DNA of 64,000 nt from an uncultured Flavobacteriaceae bacterium (GCA_964398035.1 CAYNLI010000001.1:8785-72784), one strand, 5' to 3'. Shown: positions 19,796-31,003, counted from the stretch's first letter. Notes: generated by a model not told the origin, from the sequence alone. Numbers and translations: made by a program.

Positions 19796-21145
19796 CTACA
19801 AGAACAACTTTTCAATTTTTGGAATGGCCCTGGGTAAACAACAGACCACTACCCTATCTCCTTCTATAATTTTAAAATCTCCAAGAGCAATAATACCTTC
19901 TCCATCTCTAACCACACCACCTATTGTGGCAGACCTTGGAAAATCTAATTCACGTATTATTTTACCATTTACAATAGACGTTGGTTTTACTATAAACTCT
20001 AAAATTTCTGCATTTAGATTATTCAATCTAGTTAAAGCCACTACCTCTCCTTTTCTAATGTACCTAAAAATATTATTGGCTGCCAAAAGTTTTTTATTGA
20101 TGAGCGTATCTATTCCAATAGAATGTGATAATTGAAAATAATCTATATTCTCAACCATAGCTATGGTCTTTTTAATATGCTTTGACTTTGCCACCAAGCA
20201 GGACATAATATTGGTTTCAGAATTTCCAGTTACTGCAATAAAAGCATCCATGGATTCCAAACTTTCCTCATCCAACAATTCTACATTGCTCCCATCACCA
20301 TTAATGACAAGGGCATTTGGCAATTCATCAGCAATTTCAAATGCTTTTTCCTTGTTTTTTTCAATCAATTTTACATTGAACTTTTTAGCACAAAGATCCC
20401 TTGCTGTCTTAAACCCAACTTTACTGCCTCCAAGAATCATTACATTTTTAATCTCCTCCTTTTTCTTCCCTGTTAATTTGCACAGCTCATCAACACCGCC
20501 TTTAGAAGTAATAAAATACACCTGGTCTCCTTCTTTAAAAACAGTGTCACCTCTAGGAATCACTGTATATTGAGTTCCCATACGCTGAATGGCAATAGGC
20601 ATAAAATGTAGCTCTGGAAATATTTTTGCCGCATCTTTCACCATTTTACCTACAAATGAGGCTGATCTTGGCAGAGAGACTCCAACCATGATCAATGCGC
20701 CATCTTCAAACTCATAGGTGTCATTAAAGGCAGATTGATTCAACAATAACTGAATCTCTGTTGCTGCCAACTCTTCTGGAGAAATAAGTTCATCTATTCC
20801 CAACTCAGAGAAATTAATAGCTTCTCTATTATCTAAAAACTCCGTATTGGATATCCTAGCAATAGTTCTTTTGCAGCCTAATTGTTTTGCTAATAAACAA
20901 AGGGTAAGATTTGTGGTTTCTGATGAAGTAACACCAATAACCAAATCAGACTTTTCTACTTGCGCGTCTCGTAAAAGGGAAATAGAGGTAGCATCACCTT
21001 TTAACACTCTAATATCCAAATGACTATCTGCATAAGAGAGATTTTCTTTATTGATATCAATTAACGTAATATCCTGAGATTCGTACGATAATAGTTTTGC
21101 CAAATGAAAGCCTACTTCACCAGCTCCCGCAATTATTATTTTCAT
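19796..21145 (-). CDS. trkA: Trk K+ transporter NAD-binding subunit
   Basis: Two RCK_N/RCK_C modules; GAGEVG and GGSKVG. Confidence 0.95.
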   Translation of the reverse strand: MKIIIAGAGEVGFHLAKLLSYESQDITLIDINKENLSYADSHLDIRVLKGDATSISLLRDAQVEKSDLVIGVTSSETTNLTLCLLAKQLGCKRTIARISNTEFLDNREAINFSELGIDELISPEELAATEIQLLLNQSAFNDTYEFEDGALIMVGVSLPRSASFVGKMVKDAAKIFPELHFMPIAIQRMGTQYTVIPRGDTVFKEGDQVYFITSKGGVDELCKLTGKKKEEIKNVMILGGSKVGFKTARDLCAKKFNVKLIEKNKEKAFEIADELPNALVINGDGSNVELLDEESLESMDAFIAVTGNSETNIMSCLVAKSKHIKKTIAMVENIDYFQLSHSIGIDTLINKKLLAANNIFRYIRKGEVVALTRLNNLNAEILEFIVKPTSIVNGKIIRELDFPRSATIGGVVRDGEGIIALGDFKIIEGDRVVVCCLPRAIPKIEKLFL

Positions 21146-21165
21146 TTGTTCTTAAAATTGTTTTC

Positions 21166-21173
21166 CAAAGGTA
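21166..21173 (-). promoter_or_regulatory. -7 element (TACCTTTG) for trkAH
   Basis: Reverse complement of CAAAGGTA, 20 nt upstream of trkA. Confidence 0.6.
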
Positions 21174-21371
21174 AAACCTATAATTCTTTAGGCAATCTGT
21201 TTGTAGTAATTAGAGACATAATACCTTGTTACAGAACGTTCAATAAAATGCCTGTACATACTGTAAAGCAAAATTACATAAATTTATTTTCTTGATGTTA
21301 ACATTCTCATACATAAGTAAAAAACAAATAATTCTCAACTTACCTTTGACAACAGAATCAATCTGTACTTG

Positions 21372-21379
21372 TATATTTG
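21372..21379 (+). promoter_or_regulatory. -7 element (TATATTTG) for menG-porT
   Basis: Exact TAnnTTTG, 14 nt before ATG 21394. Confidence 0.65.
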
Positions 21380-21393
21380 TCCAAAATAGTAAA

Positions 21394-22122
21394 ATGGCAG
21401 AGAAAATTACTCCATATAAGGATTCCAAACTGGGAAAAAAGGAACAAGTGACACAGATGTTTGATACTATATCAGAAAATTATGATGGCTTAAACAGAGT
21501 GATTTCTTTTGGAATAGATATAAAATGGAGGAATATAGTGGTTGATATTCTTAGCAAGAAACAGCCTAAAAACATTTTAGACATTGCAACTGGCACTGGA
21601 GATTTAGCTATTAATATGGTTAAAACTGGAGCAGAAAAAATAATTGGCTTGGATATTTCATCAGGAATGTTAGAAGTAGGAAAAAAAAAGGTGGCAGAAA
21701 AAAGCTTAAACCATATTATTGAACTGGTTGTTGGCGATAGTGAAAATTTGCCTTTTGAAGAAAATACATTTGATGCCATTACCGTTGCATTTGGCGTACG
21801 CAATTTTGAAGACCTTGAAAAAGGGTTATCAGAAATATATAGGGTTTTAAAAAAATCTGGAACATTTATAGTATTAGAAACCTCTGTACCCACCAAAACT
21901 CCATACAAACAAGGATATCGTTTTTATACCAAAAACGTTCTTCCTCTTATTGGAAAACTTTTTTCAAAAGACCAATCAGCTTATTCCTATTTAAGCGAAT
22001 CTGCTTCTGTATTTCCACATGGAAAAGACTTCAACAATATTTTGAATAAAATTGGGTTTATAGAGGTAGAGAACAAACCTCAAACATTTGGGGTTGCATC
22101 AATATATATTGCTACAAAATAA
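21394..22122 (+). CDS. menG: Demethylmenaquinone methyltransferase (UbiE/MenG)
   Basis: MFDTIS..YD..NRVISFG, LDIATGTGD, AFGVRN, YLSES; ATG 21394 lies downstream of the promoter. Confidence 0.93.
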   Translation: MAEKITPYKDSKLGKKEQVTQMFDTISENYDGLNRVISFGIDIKWRNIVVDILSKKQPKNILDIATGTGDLAINMVKTGAEKIIGLDISSGMLEVGKKKVAEKSLNHIIELVVGDSENLPFEENTFDAITVAFGVRNFEDLEKGLSEIYRVLKKSGTFIVLETSVPTKTPYKQGYRFYTKNVLPLIGKLFSKDQSAYSYLSESASVFPHGKDFNNILNKIGFIEVENKPQTFGVASIYIATK

Positions 22123-22126
22123 ACAC

Positions 22127-22822
22127 ATGAAATATATTTTTCCCATTTTAATGGGATTTTTATTATTATTTACCTCTGTAAATGCTCAATTTAATGAAAA
22201 CCCCATTTTAAATCTTGAAAATGAGGACATACCTTTTCTGAATTTTGGCTTTTTTCTTGGATTCAACCAATATGATTTTCAATTTGAATATAAAGATGAC
22301 CTACCTGATATATTAGTAGATAAATCTTTAGGATTTAATGTTGGTCTAATTGGTGAAATGCGTATCAATGATTTTTTAGATCTTCGTTTTGAGCCTGGTC
22401 TACATTACACACAAAGAATTTTAGGGTTCCCAGGGTTTTCCGAACAAAACGAAGCTATTAGAGAAGTTAAATCTACTTACATTAATTTTCCTTTATTATT
22501 AAAGGTCAGTACTAAAAGGTTGGGAAACTGGAAACCTTTTCTCATTGGTGGCGCATCCACATCCTTAAATCTTGGAAGTAACCAAGACAGCCTAGATGAT
22601 AATAGCAGCGGCACTTTTAGAATGAAAAAAATTACTTATTACTACGAAATGGGTTTTGGAATAGATTTCTATTTGGAATACTTCAAGTTTTCACCTTCAA
22701 TTCGTGGAGTTTTTGCCCTTAGTGATGAATTGGTTAGGGATGTTGGCCCAAACAGCCCATGGACTGGTAATATTGATGCCATGCGCACACGTGGTATTTT
22801 CATAAATTTCACTTTTGAATAA
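22127..22822 (+). CDS. porT: Type IX secretion/gliding outer-membrane barrel PorT (SprT)
   Basis: Signal peptide VNA-Q; GFNVGL, DLRFEPGL, STYINFPLLLK, YFKFSPSIRG, C-terminal FTFE; follows menG. Confidence 0.85.
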   Translation: MKYIFPILMGFLLLFTSVNAQFNENPILNLENEDIPFLNFGFFLGFNQYDFQFEYKDDLPDILVDKSLGFNVGLIGEMRINDFLDLRFEPGLHYTQRILGFPGFSEQNEAIREVKSTYINFPLLLKVSTKRLGNWKPFLIGGASTSLNLGSNQDSLDDNSSGTFRMKKITYYYEMGFGIDFYLEYFKFSPSIRGVFALSDELVRDVGPNSPWTGNIDAMRTRGIFINFTFE

Positions 22823-22829
22823 AGACAAA

Positions 22830-23555
22830 TTATCTCCCTCTCTTAATTTCATTCAATAAAATAGCCGTAGCAGTAGCGACATTTAAGCTTTCTGTAGTTT
22901 TAGTACCAAATTGAGGAATGCTAATTTTCTTAGCTATCAGCGCTTCAATTTCATTAGAAATGCCATTGGCTTCATTCCCCATGACCAATATTCCAGATTC
23001 AGGGAAAACTTCTTTATAAACTACTTCTCCATTCATGAAGGCTCCATAAACTGGCATTTGAACTTTATTCAAATAATCTTTTATATTGGCATAAACAATA
23101 TTTACACGACTTATAGAACCCATTGTAGCTTGTAATACTTTTGGATTATAACAATCTACTGTATTAAGGGAACACAATAAATTTGGTATTCCAAACCAAT
23201 CACACAACCTTATAATAGTGCCCATATTTCCTGGATCACGAACATCGTCCAAAGCAATGACCCAGTCATTGGAATCAATCTCAATTGGCACGGGTATATT
23301 GAACACTCCAACAACTTTATTGGGAGTACTCAGAGAACTGATTTTCGCTAACTCAGCTTCGGAAATTAATTCAGCTACAACTATATTTTCTTTTACAAAT
23401 TCAACATCAGTACTATAAATAATATGTGCAGTAATTTGGGATGCTAAAAGTTCTTTTACCACCTTTACACCTTCAACCACAAACATACCATGTTGATTTC
23501 GGTACTTTTTTTGCTGTAAGCTTTTTATAAATTTTATCTGGCTTTTAACAACCAT
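22830..23555 (-). CDS. TrmH/SpoU family RNA methyltransferase
   Basis: DPGNMGTIIR, MGNEANGIS, ESLNVA SPOUT motifs. Confidence 0.92.
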   Translation of the reverse strand: MVVKSQIKFIKSLQQKKYRNQHGMFVVEGVKVVKELLASQITAHIIYSTDVEFVKENIVVAELISEAELAKISSLSTPNKVVGVFNIPVPIEIDSNDWVIALDDVRDPGNMGTIIRLCDWFGIPNLLCSLNTVDCYNPKVLQATMGSISRVNIVYANIKDYLNKVQMPVYGAFMNGEVVYKEVFPESGILVMGNEANGISNEIEALIAKKISIPQFGTKTTESLNVATATAILLNEIKRGR

Positions 23556-23579
23556 ACAAATAATGTATTTTTGATTTCT

Positions 23580-26177
23580 ATGAACACCCGCTCAAGTCGT
23601 ATAAAAAACATAGCAAAAATAGGCTTATTATTACTATGTGCCGCCATTACCTCATGCAATACACTCAAAAGAGTTGAAGAGCAAGAGCTATTGCTTACTA
23701 AAAATACTATCTACGCTGATGGGGGAAAAGTAACAAATGAGGATATTCATAGTTTAATTGTACAAAAACCCAACAGTACATTATTGGGATATCCGTTAAG
23801 ATTAAATTTATATAATCTTGCAAAAAAAGACCCTGACTCTTCCTTCCAAAATTGGCTTCACAAAAAAGAAAAAAGAGAACAGCGCCTTATTAATTGGCTG
23901 TCAAAAAAGCAGGTTGATAGATTAGGCGAATCATTTATGGTAAAAGGGTATAGTGAATGGTTGAAAAATATTGGCGAGCCACCATCTGTAATTGACACAT
24001 CAAGAACTAGAAAATCTTTGAATAGATTAGAAGCTTACTATGGTAGTAAAGGGTATTTTAACAACAAGGCCACTTATGATATAATGCGCAATAATAGGAA
24101 GCAAAGGGCTCAGATAGATTACACCATTAAATTGGGCAATCCTTACATTGTTGATTCCGTCACTAAAAAAATAAGTTCTACAGTGATAGATTCAATCTAT
24201 AAAATTCATACTGATGATTCTTTTGTAGAATCTGGAAAACAATTTAATTTATTAGATTTTAATAATGAACGTAAAAGGCTTACAACTTTATTCAGAAATT
24301 CTGGCGTTTATAATTTTCAAGAAAGTTCCATTACTTATAACATTACAAGAGACACAATTAAGACTAATGATGACCAAAAAATGGATGTGGAACTTACTAT
24401 TGAAAATTTAAAAACAAGAAATGAAAACACACTTATATCATCAGAATATAAAGTTTATACATTTGATAAAATAAATATTTACGCGGATTATATCTTTGAT
24501 CAAAATCAAGATTTGCTACAGTCCATAGAATATGAAAATTATACTATTTATTACAAAGACAAATTACGGTATAAGCCCAAAGCCCTTACCAATGCTATTT
24601 TCATGGAAAAAGATAGTATCTATAGGGATTTGGACAGGTTGCGTACCTTAAGACAAATAACCAACTTAAATACATTTAAGTATCCCAACATAGATTTTGC
24701 CCAAGACAGCACACACACAAAACTAACTTCCAACATTTATTTAGCAGCAAGACCCAAGTATTCATCAGAAACCAATTTTGATATTACACACTCTAACATA
24801 CAACGTTTAGGGATTGCTTTCAGCACTTCATTGATTACTCGTAATATATTTGGTGGAGCAGAAACGTTAAGCTTTTCAGCTAGAGGATCCTTTGGGCTTT
24901 TAGGCGACACATCTTTATCTGAAGATTTCTTTTCAGAAATTGGTGGCGATGTTAATCTTACTTTTCCAAGAATATGGATGCCTTTAATTAATACTGAAAA
25001 AATTATTCCATACTATATGTTGCCCCAGACTAGAATGACTCTTGGTACCAGTTTCCAAAAAAATATTGGGCTGGATAAACAAACATTCAACAGTATTTTG
25101 GGGTATAATTGGTCTCCAAATGATTTCAAAAAAAATACAATAGAATTACTCAATCTTCAATTTGTCAATAATGTGAACCCTAATCGGTTCTTTGATGTTT
25201 ATCAAAATTCTTATTCCAGACTGGATGATATTGCAGATTCTTTCGATGATGAAAATGATTTTCCAAACCTAGCCAATCTTTTTGAAGATCCGGATAATAC
25301 TGGAAACCCAAATCTTATTATCTCTAGCGGCACAAACGGATTTATTAAAGAGGTATTAGAAAATAATCTTATCCCAAACAACACAGACAATTTCAACCAA
25401 GTAAGAAGCATTGAGGAGCGCAGGAAGAGATTAACAGAAAACAACCTCATATTTTCTAGCAACTACACCTATACCAAAAACAATAAAAGTGGCATAAACG
25501 ACAATGATTTTCACCAATTTAGATTTAAAATAGAAAGTGCTGGCAACCTTTTATCAGCACTTTCCAACATCATTACATTTGAGCAAGATGAAAATGCAAA
25601 CCTACGTGTCTTTGATGTACCCTATTCCCAGTATTTAAAAACAGAATTTGATTATATTAAACACTGGAGTCTTGCAGGAGCCAATGTCTTAGCCTTTAAA
25701 AGTTTCTTTGGCATAGCCATTCCTTATGGCAATTCTAATAGTATTCCTTTTACCAGAAGTTATTTTGCCGGTGGATCTAATGACAATAGAGCATGGCATC
25801 CATATTCATTAGGCCCCGGAAGAACGCAGGAGGTAAATGACTTTAATGAGGCAAACCTAAAGTTGGCCCTCAACCTAGAATATCGTTTTCCCATTGCAGG
25901 TGATATAAAAGGAGCCTTATTTGCAGATGCAGGAAACATCTGGAATGCTTTGGATAATGTGGACAATGAAGAAGCCACTTTTAATGGTTTTAGTTCTTTA
26001 GCGGATATAGCACTTGGAACAGGTTTTGGGCTACGGTATGATTTTACCTATTTTGTTATTCGTTTAGATACTGGTTTCAAAACTTACAATCCTGCCGAAG
26101 AAGTATCAAAAAGATGGTTTAGACAATACAATTTTAGTAATGCCATCTTCAACATAGGTATCAATTATCCTTTTTAG
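23580..26177 (+). CDS. tamL: Omp85/TamA-family lipoprotein (TamL-like translocation and assembly module)
   Basis: ITSC lipobox, POTRA-like region, FAGGSNDNRAW, LEYRF, FADAGNIW, G.GLRYDF, C-terminal IGINYPF. Confidence 0.85.
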   Translation: MNTRSSRIKNIAKIGLLLLCAAITSCNTLKRVEEQELLLTKNTIYADGGKVTNEDIHSLIVQKPNSTLLGYPLRLNLYNLAKKDPDSSFQNWLHKKEKREQRLINWLSKKQVDRLGESFMVKGYSEWLKNIGEPPSVIDTSRTRKSLNRLEAYYGSKGYFNNKATYDIMRNNRKQRAQIDYTIKLGNPYIVDSVTKKISSTVIDSIYKIHTDDSFVESGKQFNLLDFNNERKRLTTLFRNSGVYNFQESSITYNITRDTIKTNDDQKMDVELTIENLKTRNENTLISSEYKVYTFDKINIYADYIFDQNQDLLQSIEYENYTIYYKDKLRYKPKALTNAIFMEKDSIYRDLDRLRTLRQITNLNTFKYPNIDFAQDSTHTKLTSNIYLAARPKYSSETNFDITHSNIQRLGIAFSTSLITRNIFGGAETLSFSARGSFGLLGDTSLSEDFFSEIGGDVNLTFPRIWMPLINTEKIIPYYMLPQTRMTLGTSFQKNIGLDKQTFNSILGYNWSPNDFKKNTIELLNLQFVNNVNPNRFFDVYQNSYSRLDDIADSFDDENDFPNLANLFEDPDNTGNPNLIISSGTNGFIKEVLENNLIPNNTDNFNQVRSIEERRKRLTENNLIFSSNYTYTKNNKSGINDNDFHQFRFKIESAGNLLSALSNIITFEQDENANLRVFDVPYSQYLKTEFDYIKHWSLAGANVLAFKSFFGIAIPYGNSNSIPFTRSYFAGGSNDNRAWHPYSLGPGRTQEVNDFNEANLKLALNLEYRFPIAGDIKGALFADAGNIWNALDNVDNEEATFNGFSSLADIALGTGFGLRYDFTYFVIRLDTGFKTYNPAEEVSKRWFRQYNFSNAIFNIGINYPF

Positions 26178-26236
26178 ACCTACATTATTTCATTACTTTT
26201 GCGCTATCTTTTTAAAAAACCAAATAGATTAAAATT

Positions 26237-27304
26237 ATGGCCCACAATATCAAAGCAGGAGTTGCCACAGGCGATGAAGTTCAAGAGATTTTTAACTACG
26301 CTAAGGAAAAAGGATTTGCCCTACCTGCTGTAAATGTAATCGGTTCTAGCACTATTAATGGTGTATTAGAAACTGCAGTTAGCTTAAATGCACCCGTTAT
26401 CATTCAATTTTCTAACGGAGGCGCACAATTTAATGCTGGCAAAGGTTTGTCCAATGTAGGGCAAAAGGCTGCTATTGCTGGTGCCATTGCCGGTGCAAAA
26501 CACATACATCAATTGGCAGAAGCTTACGGCGCCGTTGTTATTTTACATACAGATCATTGTGCTAAAAAATTATTACCATGGATAGATGGTCTTTTAGATG
26601 CCAGTGAAAAGCATTATGCTGAAACTGGAAAATCACTTTTCAGCTCACATATGATTGATTTATCTGAAGAACCTATTGAAGAAAACATAGCCATATGTAA
26701 AGAATACTTGTCCAGAATGAGTAAAATGGACATGACTTTAGAAATAGAGCTTGGCATTACAGGTGGTGAAGAAGATGGTGTTGATAATTCTGATGTAGAT
26801 GATTCTAAATTATACACTCAACCAGAAGAAGTAGCTTACGCCTACGAAGAACTTTCTAAAATAAGTCCTCGTTTTACTATAGCTGCAGCTTTTGGCAATG
26901 TACATGGTGTTTACAAGCCTGGGAATGTAAAATTGACTCCAAAAATTCTTTTAAATTCTCAAGAATATATTTCTAAAAAATATGGTGTTGAAAATAACCA
27001 CATCGATTTTGTATTCCATGGCGGTTCTGGTTCTACAGTAGAAGAAATTAGAGAAGGTATTAGCTACGGAGTTATCAAAATGAATATTGATACCGATTTA
27101 CAGTATGCATTCCTTGCAGGAGTAAGAGATTATGTTCAGGATAAAAAAGATTATCTACAAGCACAGATAGGAAACCCTACAGGAAGTGACGAACCCAACA
27201 AAAAGTTTTATGACCCAAGAGTATGGTTACGTGAAGGTGAAAAAACTTTTGTAGAAAGATTGAAAAAAGCGTTTGAAGATTTAAATAATGTAAATACATT
27301 ATAA
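26237..27304 (+). CDS. fbaA: Class II fructose-bisphosphate aldolase
   Basis: HTDHC, SSHMIDLS, EIELGITGGEEDG, FGNVHGVY, FHGGSG; TACTTTTG promoter at 26194. Confidence 0.96.
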   Translation: MAHNIKAGVATGDEVQEIFNYAKEKGFALPAVNVIGSSTINGVLETAVSLNAPVIIQFSNGGAQFNAGKGLSNVGQKAAIAGAIAGAKHIHQLAEAYGAVVILHTDHCAKKLLPWIDGLLDASEKHYAETGKSLFSSHMIDLSEEPIEENIAICKEYLSRMSKMDMTLEIELGITGGEEDGVDNSDVDDSKLYTQPEEVAYAYEELSKISPRFTIAAAFGNVHGVYKPGNVKLTPKILLNSQEYISKKYGVENNHIDFVFHGGSGSTVEEIREGISYGVIKMNIDTDLQYAFLAGVRDYVQDKKDYLQAQIGNPTGSDEPNKKFYDPRVWLREGEKTFVERLKKAFEDLNNVNTL

Positions 27305-27337
27305 CTCCAAGTAATCCTTTAATACTACATTCAGCTT

Positions 27338-28198
27338 ATGACAGCATGGTTTAAAAGAACGGAAAAGGGAATACAAACTGCAACCGAGGAGAAAAAAGAT
27401 ACTCCTAAGGGGCTTTGGTACAAGTCCCCTACCGGAAAAATTGTTGAATCTGAAGAATTGGCCAAAAACTTTTATGTTAGTCCAGAAGATGACTACCATG
27501 TTAGAATAGGTAGTAAAGAATATTTTCAGATTCTTTTTGATGACAATAAGTTCACAGAGCTAGATGCTAAGCTCTCATCTAAAGACCCATTAAAGTTTGA
27601 AGACAGTAAGAAATACACAGACCGTTTAAAAGCTGCCCAGAAAAAAACAGGTCTAAAAGATGCTGTCAGAACAGCCGTTGGGAAATCTCTTGGAAAGGAT
27701 TTAGTAATAGCTGCAATGGATTTCAGTTTTATTGGAGGTTCTATGGGAAGTGTTGTAGGAGAGAAAATTGCAAGAGCAATAGATTATTCTATAAAGAAGA
27801 AAATCCCTTTTTTAATGATTTCTAAATCTGGTGGCGCCAGAATGATGGAAGCTGCTTTATCTTTAATGCAATTGGCAAAAACATCAGCTAAACTAGCGCA
27901 ACTTGCTGAGGCTAAGATTCCGTACATATCCTTATGCACAGACCCTACCACAGGAGGCACAACAGCTTCATATGCTATGCTAGGCGATATCAATATAGCA
28001 GAGCCAAAAGCATTGATAGGTTTTGCAGGCCCACGTATAGTTAAAGACACTACTGGAAAAGAATTGCCAGAAGGGTTCCAAACATCAGAATTTCTTAAAG
28101 AACATGGGTTTTTAGACTTTATAACACACCGTAGTGACCTTAAAAAGAAAGTAAATCTATACATTGATTTAATCCAAAACAATCCTATCAGATCGTAA
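27338..28198 (+). CDS. accD: Acetyl-CoA carboxylase carboxyltransferase beta subunit
   Basis: [32 protein letters not shown]; zinc-finger cysteines absent (KSPTG, SPEDD). Confidence 0.96.
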   Translation: MTAWFKRTEKGIQTATEEKKDTPKGLWYKSPTGKIVESEELAKNFYVSPEDDYHVRIGSKEYFQILFDDNKFTELDAKLSSKDPLKFEDSKKYTDRLKAAQKKTGLKDAVRTAVGKSLGKDLVIAAMDFSFIGGSMGSVVGEKIARAIDYSIKKKIPFLMISKSGGARMMEAALSLMQLAKTSAKLAQLAEAKIPYISLCTDPTTGGTTASYAMLGDINIAEPKALIGFAGPRIVKDTTGKELPEGFQTSEFLKEHGFLDFITHRSDLKKKVNLYIDLIQNNPIRS

Positions 28199-28210
28199 AG
28201 GATTTAGTTG

Positions 28211-28218
28211 TATATTTG
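28211..28218 (+). promoter_or_regulatory. -7 element (TATATTTG) for rpsO-pnp
   Basis: Exact TAnnTTTG upstream of rpsO. Confidence 0.7.
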
Positions 28219-28274
28219 CGCCCTGATTGAAGAAATCAATCAAGTACATAAAAATCATTTAAAATAATATTGGA

Positions 28275-28544
28275 ATGTATTTAACACCAAAAGTAAAGAC
28301 CGAAATCTTTAAGAAACACGGCAAAACAGAAAAGAACACAGGTTCTGCAGAAGGACAAATAGCTTTGTTCACTTTTAGGATTAACCACTTAACAGAGCAT
28401 TTAAAAAACAATCGTAAAGATTTTAATACAGAGCGTTCTTTGGTTAAACTGGTAGGTAAAAGAAGAAGTCTTCTAGATTACCTTATAAAGAAAGATATTG
28501 TAAGATATCGTGAAATAATTAAAGAATTAAGTATTAGAAAATAA
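28275..28544 (+). CDS. rpsO: 30S ribosomal protein S15
   Basis: NTGSAEGQIAL, HLTEHL, LVGKRRSLLDYL. Confidence 0.97.
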   Translation: MYLTPKVKTEIFKKHGKTEKNTGSAEGQIALFTFRINHLTEHLKNNRKDFNTERSLVKLVGKRRSLLDYLIKKDIVRYREIIKELSIRK

Positions 28545-28546
28545 TT

Positions 28547-28577
28547 AAAAAAGGGAAAGCTAAGCTTTCCCTTTTTT
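28547..28577 (+). terminator. Intrinsic terminator after rpsO
   Basis: AAAAAAGGGAAAGC-taa-GCTTTCCCTTTTTT. Confidence 0.88.
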
Positions 28578-28735
28578 AAATGCAAAGCCCTTGGTTGTAT
28601 TTAAATACAAGGCAACACAAAAAGCTACATTTAGTTTTTCATTGGTCAACACAACAACACAACCCGACCGTCAGGCAGACGGTGGACCAAATGTTTAACA
28701 AGCCTGTTACTAAACACAGGTTGTAACAATTTTTT

Positions 28736-30952
28736 ATGATTCCAAAAACTTTTAAAGAGGTCATAGACCTTGGTGACGGTAGAGAGATTTCTATTGAAAC
28801 TGGAAAATTGGCAAAGCAAGCCCATGGCTCTGTTGTTGTTCAATCAGGAAAATGTATGTTATTATGTACAGTAGTTTCAAACTATGAACAAAAAGACTTA
28901 GATTTTCTACCATTAACGGTAGATTACCGTGAAAAATTCGCTGCATCTGGACGTTATCCAGGTGGTTTCTTCAAAAGAGAAGCAAGACCAAGTGATGGTG
29001 AAGTATTGACTATGAGATTGGTAGACAGGGTATTGCGCCCTTTATTCCCAAAAGATTATCACTCAGAAACACAAGTGATGATTCAATTAATGTCTCATGA
29101 CGAAGACGTAATGCCAGATGCAATGGCAGCATTAGCAGCTTCTGCTGCAATTCAACTTTCAGACTTTCCGTTTGAATGTGCCATTTCGGAAGCACGAGTA
29201 GCTCGTGTAAACGGTGAATTTGTTATTAACCCAAGTAGAGCACAATTAGCAGAATCTGACATCGATATGATGATTGGAGCTTCAGCCGATTCAGTAATGA
29301 TGGTTGAAGGTGAAATGGATGAAATTTCTGAAGAAGAAATGACAGAAGCCATTAAATTTGCACATGAAGCCATTAAAGTACAATGTGCTGCACAATTAAA
29401 ATTAGCAGAAGCATTTGGCAGAAAAGAAGTTCGTGAATACCCAGGAGAAAGAGTAGATGAAGAACTTTCTCAGAAAATTCATGACATGGCATATGACAAA
29501 GTATATGCTATTGCTAAAGCAGGTTCTGCTAAACACGAAAGAAGTGCTGCTTTCGCAAAAATCAAAGAAGAAATAAAAGCTTCTTTCTCTGAAGAAGAAG
29601 TAGAAGATTACGGAGATTTAATTTCTAAATACTACCGTAAAGCAGAAAAAGCTGCTATCCGTAATCTAACCTTAGATGAAGGTTTACGTTTAGACGGTCG
29701 TAAAACAGATGAGATTCGTCCAATCTGGTGCGAGATAGATTATTTACCATCAACCCATGGTTCAGCAATCTTTACAAGAGGAGAAACTCAAGCATTAGCG
29801 ACAGTAACTTTAGGAACCTCAAGAGAAGCTAATAAAATAGATATGCCGTCTTACGAAGGTGAAGAAACATTCTATTTACACTATAACTTCCCTCCTTTCT
29901 GTACAGGAGAAGCAAGACCAATTAGAGGAACATCTCGTAGAGAAGTTGGTCATGGTAACTTAGCACAACGTGCATTAAAAGGAATGATTCCTGCAGATTG
30001 TCCTTACACAGTACGTGTAGTATCAGAAGTATTAGAATCTAACGGTTCTTCTTCTATGGCAACTGTATGTTCTGGAACAATGGCATTAATGGATGCTGGT
30101 ATTCAACTTATAAGACCAGTTTCTGGTATTGCAATGGGATTGATTTCTGATGCTAAAACTGGAAAGTATGCTGTTTTATCTGATATTCTTGGTGATGAAG
30201 ATCACTTAGGAGATATGGATTTTAAAGTAACAGGAACAGAAAAAGGAATCACTGCATGCCAAATGGACATTAAAGTAAAAGGACTTTCTTATGAAATTCT
30301 TGTAAATGCATTAATGCAGGCAAATGCTGGTAGATTACATATTTTAAGCAAACTTACCGATACAATTGCTACGTCAAATGAAGACGTTAAAGCACATGCT
30401 CCAAAAATGGTTACTGTTACTATTCCTGGAGATTTTATTGGTGCATTGATTGGTCCTGGCGGAAAAGTGATTCAAGAACTTCAGAAAACAACAGGATGTA
30501 CAATTGTTATCAACGAAGACCCTGTAACAGAAGAAGGTCTTGTTGAAATCTTAGGGACAGACCAAGATGGCATTGATGCTGTATTGGCAAAAATAGATTC
30601 TATCACCTTTAAACCAGAAGTTGGTAGCGTGTATGAAGTGAAAGTAATAAAAATGTTAGATTTTGGTGCTGTAGTGGAATATGCTGAAGCTCCAGGAAAC
30701 GAGGTTTTATTACATGTATCTGAATTGGCATGGGAACGCACAGAAAATGTATCTGATGTGGTAAACATGGGTGATGTTTTTGATGTTAAATATTTTGGAC
30801 TAGATAAAAGAACCCGTAAGGATAAAGTATCTAGAAAAGCATTATTGCCAAAACCAGAAGGTTATGTTGAAAGACCACCTAGAACTGACAGAGATAATAG
30901 AAGTCGTGGTGGAAACGATAGAAATAGAGATCGTAAACCAAGAAGGGATTAA
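28736..30952 (+). CDS. pnp: Polyribonucleotide nucleotidyltransferase (PNPase)
   Basis: [36 protein letters not shown] and S1 domains. Confidence 0.97.
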   Translation: MIPKTFKEVIDLGDGREISIETGKLAKQAHGSVVVQSGKCMLLCTVVSNYEQKDLDFLPLTVDYREKFAASGRYPGGFFKREARPSDGEVLTMRLVDRVLRPLFPKDYHSETQVMIQLMSHDEDVMPDAMAALAASAAIQLSDFPFECAISEARVARVNGEFVINPSRAQLAESDIDMMIGASADSVMMVEGEMDEISEEEMTEAIKFAHEAIKVQCAAQLKLAEAFGRKEVREYPGERVDEELSQKIHDMAYDKVYAIAKAGSAKHERSAAFAKIKEEIKASFSEEEVEDYGDLISKYYRKAEKAAIRNLTLDEGLRLDGRKTDEIRPIWCEIDYLPSTHGSAIFTRGETQALATVTLGTSREANKIDMPSYEGEETFYLHYNFPPFCTGEARPIRGTSRREVGHGNLAQRALKGMIPADCPYTVRVVSEVLESNGSSSMATVCSGTMALMDAGIQLIRPVSGIAMGLISDAKTGKYAVLSDILGDEDHLGDMDFKVTGTEKGITACQMDIKVKGLSYEILVNALMQANAGRLHILSKLTDTIATSNEDVKAHAPKMVTVTIPGDFIGALIGPGGKVIQELQKTTGCTIVINEDPVTEEGLVEILGTDQDGIDAVLAKIDSITFKPEVGSVYEVKVIKMLDFGAVVEYAEAPGNEVLLHVSELAWERTENVSDVVNMGDVFDVKYFGLDKRTRKDKVSRKALLPKPEGYVERPPRTDRDNRSRGGNDRNRDRKPRRD

Positions 30953-30973
30953 TCTCCAATCTTAAATTTATAC

Positions 30974-31003
30974 AAGCCTCAACGTTAAGTTGGGGCTTTT
31001 TTT
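30974..31003 (+). terminator. Intrinsic terminator after pnp
   Basis: AAGCCTCAAC-gttaa-GTTGGGGCTT plus T-run. Confidence 0.85.

Noticed and set aside
28647..28663. CAACACAACAACACAAC tract as a CRISPR or phase-variable repeat
   Set aside because: Too short, no spacers or cas genes; more likely an unpaired loop of the pnp leader.
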